Assembly (NCBI GenBank): GCA_036507075.1
Contig: DASXQR010000056.1
Span: 1 to 36,281 of the forward strand
Direction: 5' to 3'
DNA length: 36,281 nucleotides
Source: Acidobacteriota bacterium
Lineage (GTDB): Bacteria > Acidobacteriota > UBA6911 > JACQSX01
In this document: piece by piece, positions 1 through 8,745 of the stretch
Numbering within the stretch: the stretch's first letter is position 1
How the letters are laid out: each line of letters opens with the position of its first letter
Position numbers and translations under genes: made by a program
The notes under the pieces: generated by a model
Told to the model about the DNA's origin: nothing
The model's database searches: none
Seen by the model: only the letters and a program-made list of their open reading frames with translations

Positions 1-4
1 ATCT

Positions 5-135
5 ACTCGGAAAACACGGATTAGTATCGGGGTCGAGGGATGGGCTCCATCACTGCAGTGTGTTAGTTTCGCCGAGCGTCGACGCCCATCCCTCGACCCC
101 GATACCATCAGCGTTGTCCGCGTAAATCGGCGGCT
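5..135. repeat. Nested palindromic REP-like element (probably cut by the window edge)
   Basis: Perfect 22-bp inverted repeat GTATCGGGGTCGAGGGATGGGC (24-45) / 84-105 around a 38-nt loop, inside degenerate outer arms. Confidence 0.75.
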
Positions 136-277
136 AGTTCCCGCAGTTTGTGAATAATTCAGGCTTACGCGCGCGGTTCGGATTGTGGCGACAGGCAAGT
201 GCGTCCTTCCTGTTATTATCCAATGTTTCTGTTCCACAAGGGCGCGAAACCTTTAAATTTTCCTTGCCTCCGGCCAT

Positions 278-293
278 CGGCACGCCGTTTGCA
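278..293 (+). promoter_or_regulatory. Putative sigma54 (-24/-12) promoter
   Basis: CGGCAC-GCCGT-TTGCA has the GG-N10-GC spacing of TGGCAC-N5-TTGCA and lies just upstream of the DUF2188-like ORF. Confidence 0.55.
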
Positions 294-306
294 TCTTTAC
301 CTTGCT

Positions 307-843
307 ATGATGACTGTCGAATTGGCCAAAACCATTGATCCACAATCTATTGAATTTGTTTCTCCTTTACGCAGTATGGCCGCAGCCGCCGAAACCCTTC
401 TCCCTAAAAGACTTGAAGATGTCGCCCCTACTCGCGGCTTGGTCTCGATCGGCCGGATGCTGCGCCAGGCGCTGGTCCGGGTAACCCGAAATTATTTCAA
501 TCAGTCTGCAGAAACTCCCGACCTGTCTGCACAAACTCCCGACGACCAGATCGCTCCAGAGCAGGAAGCAGATGGGGAAACGGTTTATACAATCAGTCCG
601 GATTATGGCGGGTGGAAGCTCACCGAAGAAACCAAAGAAGAATCGATTGACTGTGCGCTCACCAAAGCGGAAGTGGAAGCAAAGGCCAGGCATCTGGCCG
701 AACAGCAGGGTGGTCCATGCCGTATCCGGATTCACGATCGTGACGGGAATCTGGAGTCTGAGGAAGGGATCACCACAAAGACACGAAGGACACAAAGCCA
801 GACGAGGTACGGACAGGGTCCGGTCAGTTCTAAAACTCAGTGA
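307..843 (+). CDS. DUF2188-like domain protein; C-terminal tail encoded by a repeat element
   Basis: VYTISPDYGGWKL...TKAEVEAKARHLAEQQGG..IRIHDRDGNLESE resembles the DUF2188 pattern. Start uncertain (ATG 307, 310 or 376). Confidence 0.6.
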   Translation: MMTVELAKTIDPQSIEFVSPLRSMAAAAETLLPKRLEDVAPTRGLVSIGRMLRQALVRVTRNYFNQSAETPDLSAQTPDDQIAPEQEADGETVYTISPDYGGWKLTEETKEESIDCALTKAEVEAKARHLAEQQGGPCRIRIHDRDGNLESEEGITTKTRRTQSQTRYGQGPVSSKTQ

Positions 844-918
844 GCGTGTGTTGCGCGGATTGACCGGACCCTGTCCGTACCTCGTCTGACTCTGTGCTCT
901 TTGTGTCTTTGTGGTGAT
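769..918. repeat. Composite palindromic element family A, copy 1
   Basis: About 58-nt arms ATCACCACAAAGACACGAAGGACACAAAG-CCAGACGAGGTACGGACAGGGTCCGGTCA (769-826) / 861-918 around a 34-nt loop. Confidence 0.9.
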
Positions 919-1834
919 AATCCGCCTTCGTAATATCGGTTACCGCGATCAGCGACAGCGGATCAACACGCGCACGGTTGACCTCGACGGCCCAGTGCAG
1001 ATGAGGCCCGGTCACTCTTCCCGTCTTTCCGACATACCCCACGGTATCCCCCAGTTTGACCACGTCGCCTTTTCGGGCCGCAAAACGAGAAAGGTGGGCA
1101 AAGTATGAATACATTCCCAGTCCGTGATCCAGAATAACCGTGTTTCCGGAGTAGTAGTGTTCCTCGGCCAGAATCACCTTTCCTGAATTCGGCGCCTTAA
1201 CGGGCGTACCTTCAGACGCTCGAAGGTCGGCCCCTCCGTGCGGGCGTCGCGGCTGTCCATTCAAGATGCTGCGTGCCCCAAAGCCGCTCACCACCGCCCC
1301 GGGAACGGGCAGGATAAAGGCGCCGGACCAGTATCTGTCCGGACTGGTCACTCCAAAAATTCTGGAGACAGCTTCTTGTTCCCGGCGTATTCGTGCCAAC
1401 GCCTGCCTGGGGGGATTGACGAACGCGTCCTTTACTGTGAGTTCGCGAGTGGGAAAATCCTTATCTTTGACGTCCAGGGAAAGATGCGTTTCGCGCGCCG
1501 TGCCGTCCGAAGTTACAGCCGTAATCTTAATAGCATATGCACCTGGCTTGGTTTCCAGATCGATGCCCAGCATTCCGTTCCATGTGGAATGATTGGCTTC
1601 CTGAAAGAAGCGTATTGTGCGACGCAGTCCCTGCCCTTCCACGCGCTCCACCGGCGCCAAAGTGCGGACCCGGAGCAGTATCAGTTCACCCGGTTGCAGT
1701 GAACGTTCGAAGTGATCGACAGTGATTTCAGACGGCTTGGTAGCGCCGGTTGTAAAAACTGACAGAGATGAAAAAATTAAGAAAGAAACCGCGAAGCCGC
1801 GAAAGCGCGAAATAAGCGGGATTAACCTGGCCAC
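830..1834 (-). CDS. M23 family metallo-endopeptidase, exported
   Basis: HGGAD (HxxxD), GNTVILDHG, AHLS and TGPHLHW (HxH) motifs; hydrophobic N-terminus. Likely GTG start at 1834; the ORF is open to 1855 inside a repeat. Confidence 0.92.
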   Translation of the reverse strand: MARLIPLISRFRGFAVSFLIFSSLSVFTTGATKPSEITVDHFERSLQPGELILLRVRTLAPVERVEGQGLRRTIRFFQEANHSTWNGMLGIDLETKPGAYAIKITAVTSDGTARETHLSLDVKDKDFPTRELTVKDAFVNPPRQALARIRREQEAVSRIFGVTSPDRYWSGAFILPVPGAVVSGFGARSILNGQPRRPHGGADLRASEGTPVKAPNSGKVILAEEHYYSGNTVILDHGLGMYSYFAHLSRFAARKGDVVKLGDTVGYVGKTGRVTGPHLHWAVEVNRARVDPLSLIAVTDITKADYHHKDTKSTESDEVRTGSGQSAQHTLTEF

Positions 1835-1843
1835 TCCAAATGA

Positions 1844-2006
1844 TTTTTTCACCACAAAGACACAAAGGACACAAAGGGGAGCCGTGGGGCAGGCAGAGGA
1901 CGGTCAGCTCAAAAAGCCCTTGACAGCTTTCACTTTTGGACGCTGACTCGCCTCTGCCTGCCCCACGTCTTATTTCGTGCTCTTTGTGCCTTTGTGGTTA
2001 AAAAAA
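1844..2006. repeat. Composite palindromic element family A, copy 2
   Basis: CACCACAAAGACACAAAGGACACAAAG...GTGGGGCAGGCAGAGGACGGTCA followed by its reverse-complement arm, around a 37-nt loop (1907-1943). Confidence 0.88.
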
Positions 2007-2018
2007 TTCTTACTCGAA

Positions 2019-2867
2019 TTACGGTTGCGGTTCTGTATTCTTTAATTCCCCTTCATCCCCTGGGGTTTGTTGGGACTCAAACAAGAGACATGCCTGCCCG
2101 AGATAAAGTTCGTCGCCGGACTGAAGTTTGGTGCCTCGCGGATTCCCAGTCGGAACTTCGATAGTTCGACCATCACGAACGATGTGTGTTCCATGGACGC
2201 TGCCGTCGTCACACAGCCGAAAGTCTCCCGTTTCCACCTCCAGGTAGATGTGGGCGTGGGACCTGGAAACAGTGGAGTTGACATTGTCTTCCATATCCAA
2301 AAAGGCGAGTTCGTTTCGGCGCACCACCCGGCCTGACATATCTATGACTTCGCTCAAGCGGCCGATATTGGTCTTCGGGGCCGAGATCCGCAGCGTCTTC
2401 TGTTTGGCCCTTCCCCGCGTCACTGTCACCAGAGCTTCCGGCCGCGAGGGCTTCTCCTCTTTAGGTTTTTCGCGGCGCTCGTAGCGGATGAAGAATCCTC
2501 GTTCGGCAAGCGCCGGGAGATCCGGCGAAGCTTCGCTGTCGATTTGAACTTGGACTTCAAAATCCTCGGAAATGTCGCACTGGTTGTCGTGCAGCAGGTG
2601 CCTGATGTCATTGTCAAATTGCGCAGGATCGGTGAATGCCGACTGGTATATTGCGCGCGCGCTTTCGTCCGGAGCAAATAAATGGATTTCGATATAGTTG
2701 AAAGGGAAGATGTTTTTGCGACCGAGTGCCTGCATTTTTTCTTCGATGTCTTCCAATACTTTTCGCCGGATTTCCAGCGGCTCCTGAGCGGAGTTTTCGC
2801 CGAAGCGAAGCTCGATGATCTTTTGAAGTTTTTTCTCCACCTTCTCCAGCTTGTCGAGGATTCCCAT
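2019..2867 (-). CDS. FhaA-like protein (DUF3662-like N-terminus plus FHA domain)
   Basis: MGILDKLEKVEKKLQ..RFG...EPLEI resembles the FhaA N-domain; FHA motifs IGR, VSRSHA, DGSVHGT, LQSGDEL. Confidence 0.85.
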   Translation of the reverse strand: MGILDKLEKVEKKLQKIIELRFGENSAQEPLEIRRKVLEDIEEKMQALGRKNIFPFNYIEIHLFAPDESARAIYQSAFTDPAQFDNDIRHLLHDNQCDISEDFEVQVQIDSEASPDLPALAERGFFIRYERREKPKEEKPSRPEALVTVTRGRAKQKTLRISAPKTNIGRLSEVIDMSGRVVRRNELAFLDMEDNVNSTVSRSHAHIYLEVETGDFRLCDDGSVHGTHIVRDGRTIEVPTGNPRGTKLQSGDELYLGQACLLFESQQTPGDEGELKNTEPQP

Positions 2868-2893
2868 GGCTTTACATTAACAGGAATTTGTCT

Positions 2894-3285
2894 TGGGAGC
2901 GAGTGGCGCTGGGTTGGGTTTGGAGAGCGGGAGAGCGGGGAGCAGAAGGCGGAAGGCAGAAAGCAGTAAGCGGACAGCACGCGAAGCACAGAGCCACATC
3001 CCGCAACCCGGATTATTTCATAAAAAACCTAACCGCGAAGACCGCAAGAACGCCAAGGGAGCGCCAAGGACGGAGGCTGAAACTTGAAGCATGAAGACAC
3101 TACGTCGATGGGAGAAAGGGTTGATGGATTTCATGCTCCAAGTTTCAGCCCCCCGTCCTTGGCGCTTTTCCTAGCGCTCTTGGCGTTCTTAGCGGTTAAG
3201 ATCTATGAAATAATCCGGGTTGCGGGACGTGGCTCTGCGCTTCGGGTGCTCTCCCGCTCTCCCACTCCCCCGCTCTCCGACTCTC
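2894..3285. repeat. Multi-layer nested palindromic element
   Basis: Outer GGAGAGCG octamers; 2976-3022/3204-3250; AACCGCGAAG..GCCAAG layer about 3030-3069/3157-3198; 3070-3095/3130-3156; 34-nt core 3096-3129. Confidence 0.9.
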
Positions 3286-6200
3286 ATTCTCTTCCCACTG
3301 CCTGCGGTGGTGGCTGCGCCGGTGGAGGCGAAGGCTGAGCCGGCGGGGATGCCGGTTGAGCTGCGGGTGGCTTCTGCTGAGGCGGCTGCGCGCTTCGCGG
3401 CGCGGGTGAAGCAGCGGCCGCCGGCTTGATCAGGCCAAGACTCAGCGTGGCCTGGATGATTTCTCCCGCGGCGGGAGCCGCAATCTTTCCTCCGTAGCTT
3501 CCGTTTTCCACCAGCACAGCGAACGCGATCTGCTGTTTGATATTGTCTCCGTAGGGCGCATAACCCACAAACCACGCATGTGAGGGCGCGTTCTCCAGCT
3601 CCGCCGTGCCTGTCTTCCCCGCCACCGGAACCGGCATCTCCGCCAGCCGCCGGCCTGTGCCGCTTGTTACGACGCCTCTCATAAACTGAGCGACCCTTCG
3701 CGCCTGGCTCGGAGCCAGCACCGCCTGGGGTTTCATTCGCGTGGATCTCTCCTCCTGCACGCTTCCGATGGAAGGAATATTTCCGTCGTTTGCAATCGTG
3801 CCGGCAACGCGAGCCATCTGCATCGGGCTGGCGACCGCCTCACCCTGGCCGTAGGAGGTTGGAGGCAGGAATCGTTTCACGCGCTCCACCGTATTCGGCG
3901 AGCCGATACGGATGTTAAAGAGGCTGGCTGTGCGTAACAGTTCATCCGCGCCGACATTGTAAGTTCCAAGCTGGGCGAAGTAGGCGTTGCAGGAAACAAT
4001 CAGGCCATGTCCCAGGTCCAGTGTTCCGTGAGGAGACCTGTCCAAAATGTCGTCGCGAATGGGACGCCCCCAACCGCGCACGTAATTCCCAACTCTGCCG
4101 TGGGGCAGCCAGATACAGGAATATTTCTGCCCGACGTTGGCTTCATTCTTCCGCAGAGCCGCAATTGTCGTAACCAGTTTGAATGACGATCCGGGAGGGA
4201 ATACGCCGTAACGCGGGCGATCGAGGAGAGCTTCGCCGGTGCGTTCCGTTGTTATATCCGTCTCCACGCCGTAAAAACTCCGCTGCAGCGCTTCCTGCCA
4301 CGGATAGGTGACGGAAGCTAGAAGGTCACCCGTCTTCACATCGAAGACAATTGCCGACCCCTTGGTAGATGCGGCTTCGCGGATGTGTTTTTCCATGATC
4401 TGAGCAATTCTGCGCTGCAGTTGGATGTCAACGGAAAGATGGAGGTCTCTGTTTCGATTTAAGATCCGGCGCACTTTTTCGTACGACGGCCAGAAACGGT
4501 AACGAAACAGCGGGATCAGCTCACGGTAATCGCGCTTGATAATGTAGCTGAATTTGCCGGAGCGCGCGTCCTTGACGTTCATCACTCGCGCGTGATCATC
4601 GTAGCCCTGCAGCCGTGGGTTGGAGTCCCGCTCCACAAACGACGTGTTGCGCGCCGCCCAGTTCAACTTGGAGCGCCAGTCGCCCAGCAAATGGAAGGTG
4701 AGAGCGCCAAACGGATAATGCCGGCTGTCGGTGCGGTACGCAACCTGGTCGATGTTGACGCCGAGCTGCTCATACTGCTTTCTGTGTCGCTCCAGTTCGT
4801 CCCAACGGCTGGTCGCCAGCGGCACGTTATTGCGGTCGAATACAGTGCCGCGTGGAATGAGCCGGGCCGCCTCGATCAGCCGCGGGTTGTACTCAAAGCG
4901 GCGCACGCCGTCCGACTGGACAATAAGAGCGCCGGCCGCCATCGTGGCATCCGCCTTGAACAATTGGATGTATGCGATTTTGACCAGCACCAGGCACAGG
5001 AATATTCCGATGATGCCGGTCAGCCAGGCGGACGCTTTTTCGAATGGCCGGTTCTGATCGGCCTCTCGCGGTCGCGCGGAAATGCTCAACAGCACTCCCA
5101 GAAGTATGAAATTGGTGATCATCGACGACCGGCCGTAGCTGAGAAAAGGCGTTACTACTCCCGAAAAGGGAATCAAGCCGAGCACCCCGCCCGATATGAA
5201 AAGAATCTGGAACGCCGTCAGGAGCGTAAGGCCGAGGCCCAGCCAGAGGCTGTAGTCCCCATTGGCTCTCAACGAAATCTGGAAAGCCCGGCGAATCAAA
5301 ACGGCATAGATGACGATGATGGCCAGCAAGCCGAAGAATCCAAGCTCTTCGCCGATTGCCGGCAACACCAGATCGGTGTGCACGGCGGGGATTAGACCCG
5401 GCTCGCCCAGCCCCAGGCCCATTCCGAAAATACTTCCGCTACCGAGACCCCAAAGAGAATGCGCCAGGTGATCGCCCCCCGGGCGGACGTAATTGTTCCA
5501 CGGGGAAAGCCATATACCGATCCGACCCGAGACGGTCTTCGGGAACCCGAGCGTATAAGCGACCCAGAAGCCTCCAATCATGATGAGAGTTCCCATCACC
5601 ACTGCCCCGATCCTCTCTCGCGCGGTTCCGTACAATGCCAGAAACAATATGGAAACGACGAGCGCCGGCCCCAAGTCGCGCTGCAGGAAAAAAAACAGCA
5701 GCGCCAGTCCCATCCCGATAATCACCGGGAGGGCGTAGCGAAACCGCGGCAGATCAAGATCCTGCAGAATACCGGGCACATTGCTCCGTTCCTCTTTCAA
5801 TGCGCGCAGGAACTCCCACCGATTCGCGAAATACCCGGCGAGAAAAAGAACCAGCAATAACTTGATGGTGTCTACCGGCTGGAAGGAGAAAGGTCCAACC
5901 TGAAGATTCACCTTGACGTCGCTGGTGCCGGGCCCGGTTCCAAACAGGATCAACGCCATCGAAAGCGCGAAACTCAAAAGCAACGGCACATAACTCAGTT
6001 TGCGCAGCCGGGATTTCTGAAAATCGATAAAGCTCGCCGCAAGCATCAGAAAGCATCCGATGATCACGCCCTGTGTAAAGTCAACGAATAAGGCCCTGTC
6101 GCGCAATGGATCGCGCAAGCTCATCATCACCATAAATCCGATGCCGCTTAGCAGAGCGGCCATCGGCATCAGAAGCGAATCGCCCTGGAACCGACGCGCT

Positions 6201-6823
6201 CGCCACACAAGGTGAACGATGAAAAATCCTGCCATGAAACCGACCAGGTACAACCAGAAGGATTTTGAATAATCGGCCGGGGTTCGCACCACCACTGATC
6301 GTTTCAGGTACTGCAACTGGACCGGGGTCAACAGCGGTATGCTTGCGTTGGGGTCGGCTCCGCCCACCTGCTGGTCGAGTTCCTGCAGCCGCCTGCGGAA
6401 TTCCTGGAGACTCTGATCAGATTCGATGGTGTGCCGCTTGACGCGAATACTTCCCAGTTCTCCCACATTAGGCAGATTTCTAGGCTCGGCTGTGCCTGCT
6501 TCGGCGCCACTGATGTAGTTGTAGATCAGGCGCGCCGCGAAAGCGCGGTCATTGGGATCGGGGTAAACAATCAGATACGGCAGCAGCGTCTTGCTGTTGT
6601 CGACGGTGTTCAGGTTCAGCAGCGTTCCGTTGGCGATCTGACTGCGTGCCGTGTCAAAGTCGATGCTCTTTGCCAGGTAGGTGACGAGAAGGCCGAAAGT
6701 GACAACTACAGAAACAGCCGATAGCAATACGAATTCCCGCTGCCGCGTCCTGACTGCAAACGTGCGAGGGGCCTGGAACTGCTGTTGTAAACGTTCGCGG
6801 GCGCTGCTGCGCGTCAGGGCCAT
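3284..6823 (-). CDS. SEDS (RodA/FtsW) glycosyltransferase fused to a class B penicillin-binding transpeptidase
   Basis: SEDS motifs FQPVDTIK, QRDLG, HTDLVLPAIGEELG and PFLSYGRSS in a multi-TM region; PBP motifs SSFK (SxxK), SCN (SxN) and KTG; continuous 1179-aa ORF. Confidence 0.93.
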   Translation of the reverse strand: MALTRSSARERLQQQFQAPRTFAVRTRQREFVLLSAVSVVVTFGLLVTYLAKSIDFDTARSQIANGTLLNLNTVDNSKTLLPYLIVYPDPNDRAFAARLIYNYISGAEAGTAEPRNLPNVGELGSIRVKRHTIESDQSLQEFRRRLQELDQQVGGADPNASIPLLTPVQLQYLKRSVVVRTPADYSKSFWLYLVGFMAGFFIVHLVWRARRFQGDSLLMPMAALLSGIGFMVMMSLRDPLRDRALFVDFTQGVIIGCFLMLAASFIDFQKSRLRKLSYVPLLLSFALSMALILFGTGPGTSDVKVNLQVGPFSFQPVDTIKLLLVLFLAGYFANRWEFLRALKEERSNVPGILQDLDLPRFRYALPVIIGMGLALLFFFLQRDLGPALVVSILFLALYGTARERIGAVVMGTLIMIGGFWVAYTLGFPKTVSGRIGIWLSPWNNYVRPGGDHLAHSLWGLGSGSIFGMGLGLGEPGLIPAVHTDLVLPAIGEELGFFGLLAIIVIYAVLIRRAFQISLRANGDYSLWLGLGLTLLTAFQILFISGGVLGLIPFSGVVTPFLSYGRSSMITNFILLGVLLSISARPREADQNRPFEKASAWLTGIIGIFLCLVLVKIAYIQLFKADATMAAGALIVQSDGVRRFEYNPRLIEAARLIPRGTVFDRNNVPLATSRWDELERHRKQYEQLGVNIDQVAYRTDSRHYPFGALTFHLLGDWRSKLNWAARNTSFVERDSNPRLQGYDDHARVMNVKDARSGKFSYIIKRDYRELIPLFRYRFWPSYEKVRRILNRNRDLHLSVDIQLQRRIAQIMEKHIREAASTKGSAIVFDVKTGDLLASVTYPWQEALQRSFYGVETDITTERTGEALLDRPRYGVFPPGSSFKLVTTIAALRKNEANVGQKYSCIWLPHGRVGNYVRGWGRPIRDDILDRSPHGTLDLGHGLIVSCNAYFAQLGTYNVGADELLRTASLFNIRIGSPNTVERVKRFLPPTSYGQGEAVASPMQMARVAGTIANDGNIPSIGSVQEERSTRMKPQAVLAPSQARRVAQFMRGVVTSGTGRRLAEMPVPVAGKTGTAELENAPSHAWFVGYAPYGDNIKQQIAFAVLVENGSYGGKIAAPAAGEIIQATLSLGLIKPAAAASPAPRSAQPPQQKPPAAQPASPPAQPSPPPAQPPPQAVGRE

Positions 6824-6829
6824 GGTTTC

Positions 6830-8731
6830 TCAGGATTTTGGTTTTTCAGGAGGAGTCTGCGGTTTTTGATTTTCCTGGAGTTCCAGTTCGCGCAGGTCGG
6901 AAAGACGAAGCTCGATCTCTTCCAGGTTTTCCTGGACCGCCTTGATGTTTGCCGTGCTCTGCCCGAATGGTGAAATGCTGTTGTAGAGTTCCAGCGCCTG
7001 AAGGTATGCCTGCTTGGACCGCAGCAAGTATTCCTTTTCCTGCGGCAAGCCGGCGACCTGATCCGACTGCTTTAATAGCTGGCCGCCGCGCAGCCGGTAC
7101 GCATCGGCCATCTGAGCCCGCTCTCGATTTCCAGGCGTGCTGCCCAACTCCTCTGACTTCTTGAGCGCGGCGGCTCCCTTGTCCAGGTCCTTTGTGCCGT
7201 ATACGTATGAACTGGCGAGGCCGAGGTGCGGATCCGGCCAGTTTGGCATCAGTTCGGCCGCCTTGGCGAATGCCCTCTCCGCCTCTCCGTACTTTTTGTT
7301 GAGGCGCTGAACGTGACCGGTGGCATAAAAATATTTGGCCTGTGCCTCTTTGTCGTCCGGATCGAGGTTGACCGCTTTGTAAAGATCATCCTGGGCCCTT
7401 TTCCAATCAGCCTTGGTCATGTTTGTGGTGTCATTCCGGTAGTTCGAGATCACGATTTCCGCTTCGTTCATCAGCGCACGTTTCAGCGATTGGCGCAGTG
7501 GCAGGGTGCTGAGGCTGCTGAAACTGCGGCTTTTGAGAGCCTGATACAGGCCCCAGACTCGATTCACGTCAGGCCTCGGGCTGTTAAGCTCCTGTTTCAC
7601 CTTGTTGGCGTCGGCCCACACGATCGCTTCGTGGGTGAAAGTAATCAGGATGGCCGCGATCATCATTGCGGCCAGGCCGATCAGGAAGACGCGCACCGGC
7701 CCTCGTTTCCGCGGAACTTCGAGTTCATCCGTAATTTGTGTTTCCGCCGGTTCCTGTTCCGGGACGGTGCGGCGAGTGGCCTCTTGCGGGAACGGGATGG
7801 TTCGTCGCGTCGCTTCGACCTCGGGGCTCCATGTACGACGCGTTGCTTCAACCGCTTCCGTTTCACTCTCGGCCAGGGTAGGCTCGCCGGCAAGGAAACT
7901 CTCCAGGTCGTGCTTAAATTCTTCGGCGCTGCGATATCTCAGAGATTCCTGAGGAGCAAGCGCCTTTGTGATGATGCGTCGCAGCGCCTCGGGACAGTCT
8001 GGCGGCGGCGTTTTCGGTGGTCTGCGCGAGCGAATGATATCTTCCAGCCTGCGTGTCGTCGACGCCTCGTAAGGCTGGCACCCGCTTACCATCTCGTAAA
8101 GGATCACCCCCAGCGACCAGAGATCCGTCGCATGTGTTACAACGCCAGTCTCCAATCTTTCCGGAGAGGCGTACGGGACGCTGCCGTACTCGTTGCGCGT
8201 CAGTTTTCGGGAATGGGACAGTCCTTTGGCAATGCCGAAATCCAGCAAGCGCAGCTTTCCGGTATTATCAATGCGGATATTTTTAGGCTTGATGTCGCCA
8301 TGCACGATTCCCAGAACCTGCTTGTCGTCCACCACTGTCACAAATGAGTGCGCCTGGTGCAGGGCATCGCACACGGAGATGGCAATCGAAATTGCCCGAT
8401 CCGGAGGCATCGGCCGGCCGCGCAGCAATTCGGCGAGATCCTGTCCCTCGACATATTCCATGTCGACGTAAAAATGTCCGTCCAGCTCACCATAAGAATG
8501 AATTCTGGCGACAGCGGGATCCACTTCGCAGAGCCGGGACTGAAGCAGCGCGCCACGCCGCTCCGCTTCTATGGACTCCTGGATGTCGGGATCGGCGCTG
8601 AACTCGATCAACTTTAGCGCCACCCTGCGCTCCGCTTGCCGGTCGTAAGCCAGATACACGTCGGCCATACCTCCGCGCCCCAGCTTCTTCAGAATTTCGT
8701 AATTCCCGATCGTTCTAAGCAGCGTCGCCAT
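6830..8731 (-). CDS. Hanks-type Ser/Thr protein kinase with TM helix and extracytoplasmic TPRs
   Basis: GRGGMADVY, VALK, HGDIKPKN, DFGIAK, YASPE, DLWSLG; TM VFLIGLAAMMIAAILITF; TPR-like segments AVNLDPDD and AAELMPNWPDPHLGLA. Confidence 0.93.
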   Translation of the reverse strand: MATLLRTIGNYEILKKLGRGGMADVYLAYDRQAERRVALKLIEFSADPDIQESIEAERRGALLQSRLCEVDPAVARIHSYGELDGHFYVDMEYVEGQDLAELLRGRPMPPDRAISIAISVCDALHQAHSFVTVVDDKQVLGIVHGDIKPKNIRIDNTGKLRLLDFGIAKGLSHSRKLTRNEYGSVPYASPERLETGVVTHATDLWSLGVILYEMVSGCQPYEASTTRRLEDIIRSRRPPKTPPPDCPEALRRIITKALAPQESLRYRSAEEFKHDLESFLAGEPTLAESETEAVEATRRTWSPEVEATRRTIPFPQEATRRTVPEQEPAETQITDELEVPRKRGPVRVFLIGLAAMMIAAILITFTHEAIVWADANKVKQELNSPRPDVNRVWGLYQALKSRSFSSLSTLPLRQSLKRALMNEAEIVISNYRNDTTNMTKADWKRAQDDLYKAVNLDPDDKEAQAKYFYATGHVQRLNKKYGEAERAFAKAAELMPNWPDPHLGLASSYVYGTKDLDKGAAALKKSEELGSTPGNRERAQMADAYRLRGGQLLKQSDQVAGLPQEKEYLLRSKQAYLQALELYNSISPFGQSTANIKAVQENLEEIELRLSDLRELELQENQKPQTPPEKPKS

Positions 8732-8745
8732 GTAAGGGTTACCGG

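Noticed and set aside
3290..3425. Pro/Ala/Gln-rich quasi-repeats at the PBP C-terminus
   Set aside because: An ordinary low-complexity disordered tail, not a DNA repeat element.
4592..5395. 267-aa plus-strand ORF
   Set aside because: Antisense shadow of the SEDS-PBP fusion.
7226..8347. 373-aa plus-strand ORF
   Set aside because: Antisense shadow of the kinase gene, with no motifs.
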